Made by a program: the position numbers and the translations under genes | Assembly (NCBI GenBank): GCA_012026855.1 | Contig: VEOV01000011.1 | Coordinates: 1-37,014 of the forward strand | Reading direction: 5' to 3' | DNA: 37,014 bases | DNA from: Geobacter sp. | GTDB lineage: Bacteria > Desulfobacterota > Desulfuromonadia > Geobacterales > DSM-12255 | Shown: in pieces, positions 25,599-33,630 of the stretch | How positions within the stretch are numbered: the first letter of the stretch is position 1 | How the letters are laid out: each line of letters begins with the position of its first letter | The notes under the pieces: generated by a model | The model's database searches: none | Told to the model about the DNA's origin: nothing | The model's input: only the letters and a program-made list of their open reading frames with translations

Positions 25599-27230
25599 TC
25601 ATGGTAAAGGCTTGGCCAAAAGCATCCTCTCGCAAATCTGCATATTGTACTTGGCTTCAGCATCATCTGGATAGTGACTCAGCCAGGTCATAATTGTCAC
25701 CTTTGCGTCTCCATACTGACCAAGCCCTATGAGGGCAGCAGACAGGTTCTGTAATACCCCCCTGTCTTTAGGTTGATACTGCAGGTAGCTGCGGTAGAAT
25801 TTTACAGCCTCAGGCAACTGTCCGCTGAAGGCATGGGCATCACCGATATCCCGATATACCTTCAAATAGGTTGGAAACCAGTTATCCAGCGAGAGCAGTC
25901 TATCAAAGATATCGATTGCCTCGTTATAGCGACCTTTCTCGTTAAGAGTTTCCCCGAGAAAGAGATAACCCTTTGGCAGTGCCGGTGCAATCTGGATAAT
26001 ACGGCGATAAAGGGACTCACGTGTCTGCCAGAACCTGAAAAGATAACTGTTATAGCCTGCCAGAGGCACGATACATACTGTAAAGGCAACAACCTGGGCA
26101 AGTTGCCATTTCCGGTCAAATGGTAGCAGAACAATGGTCAGCAACGAAGCGGAAATTACGGTTGCAAAGAGAAGGTAATGATCATAGAAAACCATTTGTC
26201 CCACACTGTTATGCCTGAGTGGAATTATGTTGGCGTAGGGCATAAGAGTCAACAACAACATTGTGGCAACCAGAAATATCCCCCAGTTGCGACGAACGAT
26301 CAGCAATATCAGCAGCCCTGCTACACAGAGGGGCAGAAGCCATTCCTTCACAGGCGGCAGCCCATGGGGCCAGACGAAGTCATAATCATAGGACAGGTTA
26401 ATCGGCAACAGGAATTTGACTATCATCATGTTAAACGAGCGTATAACCCCGCCGATTCTCGACAGCAGATCAATTTCAATGTTTTTTTCAACCACCCCGG
26501 CTTTAAGGGCAATACGGAACTGTGCAATAAAAATAACCACCGCCAGCAGCCCGGCAGCTGCTACCCGGTGCAATTTCAGCCTGTCTCTCTTCAGCCATAC
26601 AGTCATCAGTTCACAGCATAAAAAAATCCCTGGAAGAATTACCGCAGACCCTTTAGAAAGCTGGGCCAGAACCATGAAAAAGATGGCAGAGGTCGTGCTG
26701 ATCCAGACCTTTCTCTCCGACAGGTAACAGCGTATGGACAACAGTGCAAATAAGACGTAAAGCAGCTCTTTACGGTTGGATATTGCAGCAACACTTTCCA
26801 CATTCAATGGGTGACACAACATTAAAAGCGTTGCCATGCCTGCAAGTGGCGTGAGCCACTCCCGATCCTGCCTTCCCTGGCAAACCAGTTCAGACAAACG
26901 AATCGCCAGTTCCCTGGCGAACAGCCCAATAAAGGCAAACAGCAGCAAATTGGTAAGATGGAAAAGATTGGCCCGTGCACCCCACAACCGGTATTCCAGA
27001 GCATAACTGGTTATCGTTACCGGAAAGTATTCATTTTTCATTGGACGTTGCCAGATTTCTGCCAGTGGAGCGATTCCGGGGGTAGTTACCAAAGGGTTCT
27101 GCAGAATGAAATAATAATCGTCCCCTGTAAATTCGGCAGATGGGGTAAGCAGGGGATACGCTGTGAGCAACAACAGGAAGAGGGTTGGCAGGAAAGCGTT
27201 GGAGATCAGCCAATCAATGCTGCGTTTCAT
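25599..27230 (-). CDS. Polytopic GT-C-type (PMT/ArnT-like) membrane protein with C-terminal TPR repeats
   Basis: Start set at ATG 27230 (MKRSIDWLISNAF), preceded by AGGACGGA; the listed 27425 start overlaps the upstream gene. There are about 11 hydrophobic helices. The first-loop acidic motif FTGDDYYFILQNPLV, followed by YFPVTITSYALEYRLWGARANLFHLTNLLLFA, matches the bacterial TMTC/PMT_2-like family pattern. C-terminal TPR units are present (GYLFLGETLNEKGRYNEAIDIFDRLL; GDAHAFSGQLPEAVKFYRSYLQYQP). Confidence 0.8.
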   Translation of the reverse strand: MKRSIDWLISNAFLPTLFLLLLTAYPLLTPSAEFTGDDYYFILQNPLVTTPGIAPLAEIWQRPMKNEYFPVTITSYALEYRLWGARANLFHLTNLLLFAFIGLFARELAIRLSELVCQGRQDREWLTPLAGMATLLMLCHPLNVESVAAISNRKELLYVLFALLSIRCYLSERKVWISTTSAIFFMVLAQLSKGSAVILPGIFLCCELMTVWLKRDRLKLHRVAAAGLLAVVIFIAQFRIALKAGVVEKNIEIDLLSRIGGVIRSFNMMIVKFLLPINLSYDYDFVWPHGLPPVKEWLLPLCVAGLLILLIVRRNWGIFLVATMLLLTLMPYANIIPLRHNSVGQMVFYDHYLLFATVISASLLTIVLLPFDRKWQLAQVVAFTVCIVPLAGYNSYLFRFWQTRESLYRRIIQIAPALPKGYLFLGETLNEKGRYNEAIDIFDRLLSLDNWFPTYLKVYRDIGDAHAFSGQLPEAVKFYRSYLQYQPKDRGVLQNLSAALIGLGQYGDAKVTIMTWLSHYPDDAEAKYNMQICERMLLAKPLP

Positions 27231-28767
27231 TTTCCGTCCTGCCAGACAACGGGAAAAGTGCAATAAACCTGCTCCCTTTCCCCTCTTCGCTCTCTGCCCA
27301 GATAAAACCCTTATGGGCATCCATAACCTTGCGACAAAAAGCCAGCCCGAGTCCGGTCCCTTTAGTCTTGCCCATCCTCCTGTTCTCCGCCTGAACATAG
27401 CGATCAAATATCGAGGCAAGCGCATCTGAAGGGATGCCTGCGCCGCTATCAGTAACCGTGATTTTCAGGAATCTGCCTGTGGCAGGCAGCAGAGCTGCCG
27501 GATAAAGGTTTTTCGGCATTGATGCCATCTCCTGGGCATCTGCATCTCTTACAGCAGCGCCAACAGTAATTCGTCCCCCCTCACGGGTAAACTTCATGGC
27601 ATTGGTCACGAGGTTGCTGACCATTCTGATGAAGGTTGTCCGATCAAGAGAACATTCAGAGAGCTTATTTTCAATGGCAAAGGTCAGCTCAAGCTGCTGC
27701 TTTGCAGCAACTGCAGAAAACTGCGCTGCAACCTTGTCCAGCAAATGTGCTACTTTTTCCTCCCTGAAGTTCATCACCATCTTGCCTGCTTCGAATTTAT
27801 GGATATCAAGCAGCGAGTTGATCATCTCAACCATTTCAGAGCAGCTCTCTTCGGCAGACTCCAAAAACTCCCTCTGGTCAGGATTAATCGGCCCCAGACG
27901 CCCTTCTCTGACAAGATCGAGCGAACCGACTATGGAGGTGATGGGATTTTTCAGATCGTGGGTCAGCATGCTGACAAAATCCTCACGCTCTCTCTCCAGC
28001 GCCTTGAGACTGGTGATATCCCGGATTATCTCCACAGCGCCGATAAGATCTCCGGAGTTGTCATAAAGAGGGGCAGCGCTGGACAGCACCGGGATATTAC
28101 CTGTCGGACCGGCAATGGAGTAGTTGACATCAATCTCGGGCGCACCGGTCAGGAGGACTTTTCTGAGTGGCAGTTCCACGTTTTCGGGCAGCTCTACTTC
28201 CAAAAGCTCATCCAGGCTCTTGCCAATGATCATATCGCGGCTGATGCCCAGAAAATACTCTGCCATCCGGTTGACTGATATGACCAGCCCATTAGTATCA
28301 ACGGCAATCAGCAACTCTGCCATTCCCTGCAAAATTGCTTCTGTCTTCATCTGCTCTGCAGCCAGCTGCCGCTGCAGATTCTGGTTCTCCTGCAGCGTCC
28401 TGTTGTAGTTTATGGCCCGTTCAACCCTCTTGATCATGTCATCGTTTGAAAAAGGTTTGGCTATGTAATCCAGTGCCCCGTCTTTCATCGCCTGAACAGC
28501 GATATCTTCGTTACCATGGGCAGTCATCATGACGACAACAGTGGCAGGGTAGGAGGTCCTGACATGCCTGAGTACCTGCATGCCATCGATTTTGGGCATT
28601 TTTATGTCGAGCAGCAGCAGCTCAAACTGTTCTTTGGCAAGCATCTCAAGGGCTTCGGCACCGTCCCTGGCACGAACAGTTTTGTAGCCGGCATCTTCAA
28701 GCTGCAGCTTGAGAATCAAGGCAATATCACTCTCGTCGTCGGCAATCAGTATCTTATCACTTATCAT
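27214..28767 (-). CDS. Hybrid response-regulator/histidine kinase (REC-PAS-HisKA-HATPase)
   Basis: The N-terminal receiver has all key residues: DD (ILIADDESD), the phospho-Asp context (LLLLDIKMP), T (MMTAHG) and K (YIAKPF). A PAS region follows (ILQGMAELLIAVDTNGLVISVNRMAEYFLG). Kinase boxes: H-box LTHDLKNPITSI, N-box VTNAMKFT, G1 DSGAGIP, G2 GTGLGLAFCRKV. The start overlaps the upstream kinase by 11 nt. Confidence 0.9.
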   Translation of the reverse strand: MISDKILIADDESDIALILKLQLEDAGYKTVRARDGAEALEMLAKEQFELLLLDIKMPKIDGMQVLRHVRTSYPATVVVMMTAHGNEDIAVQAMKDGALDYIAKPFSNDDMIKRVERAINYNRTLQENQNLQRQLAAEQMKTEAILQGMAELLIAVDTNGLVISVNRMAEYFLGISRDMIIGKSLDELLEVELPENVELPLRKVLLTGAPEIDVNYSIAGPTGNIPVLSSAAPLYDNSGDLIGAVEIIRDITSLKALEREREDFVSMLTHDLKNPITSIVGSLDLVREGRLGPINPDQREFLESAEESCSEMVEMINSLLDIHKFEAGKMVMNFREEKVAHLLDKVAAQFSAVAAKQQLELTFAIENKLSECSLDRTTFIRMVSNLVTNAMKFTREGGRITVGAAVRDADAQEMASMPKNLYPAALLPATGRFLKITVTDSGAGIPSDALASIFDRYVQAENRRMGKTKGTGLGLAFCRKVMDAHKGFIWAESEEGKGSRFIALFPLSGRTENETQH

Positions 28768-31030
28768 TCAACTCTCCGGCCAATGGGATCCTGAAGGTAA
28801 AAACATTCCCGCCTGACCCCCCTGGCGCATGATAGATAGTCCCACCATGTTTTGCCACAATTTCCCTGCAGATCGACAAACCGATACCACTACCAGAGAA
28901 CTCGCCGTCTTCAGGAGAGCTGATCTGCTGAAATCTGCTGAAAAGAGCCTCCCTGCACTCTACCGGAATTACCCGGGCAGCATCGCCGACCGAAACGGCC
29001 AGCTCGCTCTCCAAAACTTCGGCAGAGAGTGTTACAACCGAGCTCGGTGGGGAAAACTTGATTGCATTTGAAAGAAGATTAGACAGAACCTGGCTGACCC
29101 TTTCATAATCACCGTAAATTTTAGGCAGATCCATCGGGATATCATTGACCAGTGAAATATTCTTGGCCAGGGCGACACCTTTATACTCTTCAAGCATGTA
29201 CAGGACAATCTCCCCAATCTGCAACGGCCGCATGGAGAACTGGATCTGCCCCGCCTCAATTCTGGTAATTTCCAGTATGCCGGTAATCAGCCCGATAAGC
29301 CTCTCCGTATTGCGGAGACAAACGTCCAGCATCTCCCGTTCAACTCCTGTCAGCCATTTCCCTTTTTTAAGGATGAACTGTAATGAACTCTTCATCGAGG
29401 TCAAAGGCGTCTTCAACTCATGGGAAACCTTGGCGATAAAGCCACCTTTCAGTCTGTCAACCTCACCGACATCGGTAACATCCTGAATCTTGAGCAGCAC
29501 CCCCCGGTGCTTGCCGCCATCATCCCTGAAACCACTGATGCAAAACCTGAGCTGCTTCTGAAAAAACTGCTGGAGAATAACAAGCTCATGATCTGCGGCC
29601 ATCTCGCAGGAACCTGTCTCAAGGAGGTTCTGAAGTTCAGTAAGTTGCAGGATTTCGCACACCACCACTAGATGTTTGCCGAGAAGCTCGTTTACGCCTG
29701 CTCCAAGCAAACTCTCTACCGCAGGATTTACCTGAACTATCTTACAGTGTTCATCAGCTATGATGAGCCCGTCGCCAAAACATTTGATGACAGCTCTCTG
29801 CAAGGCAGTTGCGGCAACGTATTGTTCCGCCCGCTCCAAAATATTTTTATTCAGCTCTAGATTCAGTTGTGACAGCGATTCATTCTGCTGCTGAATTATT
29901 TTATCCCGCTCTTCCAGAGAACTGGACATCCTGTTAAAGGTCTCGGCCAAAACTTTGAATTCATGCCCCCCTCCCCCTTCAACCTTGGTAGAGAAAACGC
30001 CGAGTTCTATCGCTGTGGCTGCTTCCGAAAAAATCCGCATTCTTGCTGAAATCTGCCAGGCAATGAGATAGGAAAGCACAAAAATCAGGATGATGCTGAG
30101 CAGGCCACAAATCAGCAGGTTATAAAAATTCTCATGCCATATGCTCTTGAAGCTGCTTTCAGCAAGGGCAACTGCGATTGAGCCGATAAATTCTCCCCTG
30201 TTATTGAGAATAGGCTCGGCAATCATTTCAAATGCTTTGCCATTAAGCACTGTTGTGCCGTTGAACCGGTATCCCCCTTTCAGCGACTGCAGAACTCTGG
30301 GCTCCAGTGAGGGGGAGACAACATCTCCGCCGGACATCGTGGTGGCTATCCGCTCCCCCTTCTGGGTAATGAGCATCTCAACACTTTTGCCAAAAACCTT
30401 CTGCTGAATATCCGGAAGATAGGGGTCCTTGTTGACATCGTCTCCGGCGACAATAGCTCCGATTATTCTGCCGTTCCCATCAACCACCGGCACCAATACA
30501 AGCTGCACCATCACGTCTTCATGTTCAGGCAGCATCTTGCAGACATCGACAGTTACTTCTTCGCAAAACTTTTCATGACTGACCAGTTCGGTAGTGACAA
30601 TCGGCTGTCGCCGGTCAAAGAGCGTATCAAGCAGTAAGCCGCTCAGGAATGAGCCTTTGTCACTTTTGCCGTTGATACGGCTGATGACTGCCTGCTGGGA
30701 GTCGAAAAAGGTAAGCATTTCAAGAAAATCGAGGTTTTTTGTCCACTGCCTTGATGCTGCTTTAAGGCCACTGGCATCTGCATTCCTGAAAAGCTTTTGC
30801 GTATCTGCGGAGGCAATGGGGAGTTTAAGTGCTTCCAGAACAAGATCAGGCCGGTAGTTGAACTGGTTCTTTGCAAAGCGGAGGGCAGTTTCGAGATCCT
30901 TGGCAATCTCGTCAGCGGTAAAATTCTTGATGGTAATAATGGATAAAAGGAAGAGAATGGCGTACGAGCAGACAAGCACTGTAGCTGTCGCCAGGAAAAT
31001 TTTGCTCTTTATGGTAAGGCCATGTTTCAT
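28757..31030 (-). CDS. Membrane sensor histidine kinase (TM, ~270-aa extracytoplasmic domain, TM, HAMP, PAS, HisKA, HATPase with atypical G1 box)
   Basis: TM1 is IFLATATVLVCSYAILFLLSIITI and TM2 is LLICGLLSIILIFVLSYLIAW. A HAMP domain (FKVLAETFNRMSSSLEERD) and a PAS domain (FGDGLIIADEHCKIVQVNPAVESLLG) follow. Kinase boxes: H-box VSHELKTPLTSM, N-box LSNAIKFS, G2 GSGIGLSICREIV. The G1 position reads GDAARVIP instead of DxGxG. Confidence 0.9.
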   Translation of the reverse strand: MKHGLTIKSKIFLATATVLVCSYAILFLLSIITIKNFTADEIAKDLETALRFAKNQFNYRPDLVLEALKLPIASADTQKLFRNADASGLKAASRQWTKNLDFLEMLTFFDSQQAVISRINGKSDKGSFLSGLLLDTLFDRRQPIVTTELVSHEKFCEEVTVDVCKMLPEHEDVMVQLVLVPVVDGNGRIIGAIVAGDDVNKDPYLPDIQQKVFGKSVEMLITQKGERIATTMSGGDVVSPSLEPRVLQSLKGGYRFNGTTVLNGKAFEMIAEPILNNRGEFIGSIAVALAESSFKSIWHENFYNLLICGLLSIILIFVLSYLIAWQISARMRIFSEAATAIELGVFSTKVEGGGGHEFKVLAETFNRMSSSLEERDKIIQQQNESLSQLNLELNKNILERAEQYVAATALQRAVIKCFGDGLIIADEHCKIVQVNPAVESLLGAGVNELLGKHLVVVCEILQLTELQNLLETGSCEMAADHELVILQQFFQKQLRFCISGFRDDGGKHRGVLLKIQDVTDVGEVDRLKGGFIAKVSHELKTPLTSMKSSLQFILKKGKWLTGVEREMLDVCLRNTERLIGLITGILEITRIEAGQIQFSMRPLQIGEIVLYMLEEYKGVALAKNISLVNDIPMDLPKIYGDYERVSQVLSNLLSNAIKFSPPSSVVTLSAEVLESELAVSVGDAARVIPVECREALFSRFQQISSPEDGEFSGSGIGLSICREIVAKHGGTIYHAPGGSGGNVFTFRIPLAGELNDK

Positions 31031-31054
31031 CTGCCACCCTTGAATGGATGCTAG

Positions 31055-32062
31055 TTACAGACTTTCCGCCTTCAGATCCCTTGACATAAGCTCGATAACA
31101 GCTTCCCGTGCCGGCCGGTCATTATACAAAATATCGTTCACCTTGGAGGCGATGGGCATGTCTACTTTCAGCTTTCGCGCCAGCAGGCAGGTGGATTCCG
31201 TTGTCTTGACCCCTTCGGCAACCATACGCATGCCGCCGAGGATCTCTGCAAGTTTTTTCCCCTGGCCAAGCTGGATGCCGACGCTCCGATTCCGTGAGAG
31301 GTCACCGGTACAGGTAAGGACCAAATCCCCCATCCCGGCAAGACCGGCAAATGTGTCTCCCCTGGCGCCAAGGGCAAGCCCAAGCCGGGCTATTTCTGCA
31401 AGCCCTCTGGTTATGAGGGCAGCCCGGGTGTTACAACCGAAACCGAGTCCATCAGCTATGCCTGCAGCAATGGCGATGACATTTTTTACCGCGCCACCCA
31501 GCTCAACGCCAATGACATCGCTGTTTGTATAAACCCTGAAAAAGGGGGTGTTAAAAGTATCCTGCACCCTCTTGGCCACTAACGGATCGGCAGCGGCGGC
31601 AACCACTGCTGTCGGCATCTCCATGGCCACTTCTCTGGCAAAACTTGGCCCTGACAGTACGGCAAAGCTTCCATAGAGATCCGCAGGCAACAGCTCTTCA
31701 TAAACCTGGGAAACCAGCATGAGGGTTTCGACCTCGATGCCCTTGGAAGCGCTGACAATTACCGTTCCAGGGGCGATATACGGCAGTGCCCCGGAAAGAA
31801 CCTTCCTGATAACCTGCGATGGCGAAACAAAGAGGAGCAGTGCCTTGTCCTGCACAGCTTCCTGAAGGGAGGCGGTAAAAGAGAGGTTGGGTGAAAGTGA
31901 TATACCTTTGAGGTAGATGCTGTTCTCACGGCTCTGTTCCATTTCGGCAACCAGCTCTTCTTCAAAAGCCCAGAGGGTGACCCGGTGTCCCTTCTTGGCA
32001 AGCAGGTCAGCCAGAGTTGTTCCCCAGCTGCCGGCTCCTATGACTCCGATTGATTTATGCAT
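31055..32062 (-). CDS. gpsA: NAD(P)H-dependent glycerol-3-phosphate dehydrogenase
   Basis: The N-terminal dinucleotide fold is IGVIGAGSWGTTLADLLA. Conserved GpsA blocks are present: SKGIE, GPSFAREV, GVELGGAVKNVIAIAAGI, TCTGDLSRNRSVG, EGVKT. Confidence 0.95.
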   Translation of the reverse strand: MHKSIGVIGAGSWGTTLADLLAKKGHRVTLWAFEEELVAEMEQSRENSIYLKGISLSPNLSFTASLQEAVQDKALLLFVSPSQVIRKVLSGALPYIAPGTVIVSASKGIEVETLMLVSQVYEELLPADLYGSFAVLSGPSFAREVAMEMPTAVVAAAADPLVAKRVQDTFNTPFFRVYTNSDVIGVELGGAVKNVIAIAAGIADGLGFGCNTRAALITRGLAEIARLGLALGARGDTFAGLAGMGDLVLTCTGDLSRNRSVGIQLGQGKKLAEILGGMRMVAEGVKTTESTCLLARKLKVDMPIASKVNDILYNDRPAREAVIELMSRDLKAESL

Positions 32063-32064
32063 GG

Positions 32065-33621
32065 CTACTCCCAGTCGTCCTCAGAAAAATCACGCAAATC
32101 ATACCCCTCTTCCAGCGACTCTCTGGCAACGATCATACTCTCCATGGCAAACCGTCGCAAAAACGGGTGCAAATGGCACGGCAGAGAAAACTGGCTGATG
32201 CTCACTGCTGCGGCGATGGCAGAGTTGACAAGCTCACTGTCAGCCCCTGTTCTTGTCATGTAGTCCGCATTCGTGAAGAGGCGGTTGGCAATGTCGTTTA
32301 TCGCCGGTTGAATCTCGTCTCTGCAGAGAGTCTCGATCAACCGTTCCAGTGGCTGGGATATCGCCCCGTCATTGACTCTCTTTTCCAGAGCAAGCCACTC
32401 TTCCGCCAGATCATACACTCTACAGCTTTCCAGCCCCCAGCCGGCAAAAAACTCTTCATCAAAAAGCTGCACCGATTGGGCGACAAGGTCAGGAGTAATT
32501 TTTAACTGCACACTCCTGGACAGAGGTGTGTACGGGGCCGGAACAAGCTCTTCAGGAGCAAAAACGCTACGCCGGAGAAGAAACTCCGGAGGGAGCGGTG
32601 TTCCGGCAGACCGGCTTCTATGGAGTGCATCGCACAACAGTGACAGTGCATACTCCGGAGCTACCGGCTCAATCAGCTCCTGGGCAAACCTTTCAGCTGC
32701 CCGCTCATCATAGGCGGCCGGAGTTTCGGCGCTTACCCCCCAGACGCTGTTCAGCCCTGAAAGATCGTGAATCTGAAAATCCACCGAGTCCAGCTTGCCA
32801 TCCTCCCGCCATCTGGTCAGCCAGATATGCCGGTAACCGTTGCCATCAAGAGGGCCGGCATATGCCGAGTGAAACGGCTTTCTCGGCTGGCTGGACAGGG
32901 AAGTATCGGGAGCAATCCCCACAAAAGAGAGCCGGCGCAAACTCTGGTCTATATGTTGATGGAGTGAGCTGTCTGCTTCCCGGCGAAACATTGCCAGCGT
33001 ATTCGCCGCCTCTTTGAAGCGGACCCTGGCGATGGCGGCTACAGCCATTTTTACGATCTTGTCATCCTCATGCCGGAGCAGGAGTTCAAGCGGCTCAAGC
33101 ACCCCTTTATCGGCAATGGCGGCCAGTTCGAAGAGAAATTGCTGCTTGAGCTCGTCGGCCATAAAGGCAAAGTCATCAAGAAAAATCAGCAGCCCTTCTT
33201 CACCACTGGCACACATCTGCGCAAAGAGCTCGGGAACAGGCACAGAACCACCGGCAAAAAGAACAGAGAAGGGTGGAATAGTGATATCAATGCCACAACC
33301 CTCAAGGGTCGCCATGATTGCCGTACGGCCTTCAGCACCCAGATCACGCCTCTTCAAGGCAATCTGGATGATCTGGTCAAGCCAGTATTTGTCGTCGAGA
33401 AAATCGAGCAGATAGGTATACTTGGAGATAAGTATGCCGCTCTTTTCCTTCCAGAGTCTGCGCAAAAGGGGCTGGACAGCGGATCTTCCGGCCTTTTTCA
33501 GTTGCACGCCGATATCATCCATCTCGGCATAAGTGATGTTGTCCCTGCTGAGCTTCTCCAGCAGGGATATTACGCTAAGCCGGTCTTTGAAACTTCTGTC
33601 GATTTTACGCGGGTTTTCCAT
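32065..33621 (-). CDS. Conserved-looking protein of unknown function, 518 aa (N-terminal HEAT-like helical repeats)
   Basis: The long ORF has ordinary amino-acid composition. It starts 9 nt after the gyrA stop and stops 2 nt before the gpsA ATG. Its last codons (TGG GAG TAG) supply the GGGAG Shine-Dalgarno for gpsA. A HEAT-like segment is present (LEPLELLLRHEDDKIVKMAVAAIARVRFKEAANTL). I recognised no catalytic motif. Confidence 0.8.
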   Translation of the reverse strand: MENPRKIDRSFKDRLSVISLLEKLSRDNITYAEMDDIGVQLKKAGRSAVQPLLRRLWKEKSGILISKYTYLLDFLDDKYWLDQIIQIALKRRDLGAEGRTAIMATLEGCGIDITIPPFSVLFAGGSVPVPELFAQMCASGEEGLLIFLDDFAFMADELKQQFLFELAAIADKGVLEPLELLLRHEDDKIVKMAVAAIARVRFKEAANTLAMFRREADSSLHQHIDQSLRRLSFVGIAPDTSLSSQPRKPFHSAYAGPLDGNGYRHIWLTRWREDGKLDSVDFQIHDLSGLNSVWGVSAETPAAYDERAAERFAQELIEPVAPEYALSLLCDALHRSRSAGTPLPPEFLLRRSVFAPEELVPAPYTPLSRSVQLKITPDLVAQSVQLFDEEFFAGWGLESCRVYDLAEEWLALEKRVNDGAISQPLERLIETLCRDEIQPAINDIANRLFTNADYMTRTGADSELVNSAIAAAVSISQFSLPCHLHPFLRRFAMESMIVARESLEEGYDLRDFSEDDWE

Positions 33622-33630
33622 AGTACCACT

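Noticed and set aside
25598-27425. Listed longer starts for the HD-GYP gene (25666) and the GT-C/TPR gene (27425)
   Set aside because: Both extensions run into the preceding gene and encode Arg/Trp-rich non-domain sequence. Internal ATGs at 25597 and 27230 sit at or next to the upstream stop. ATG 27230 also has a Shine-Dalgarno and is followed immediately by a TM helix.
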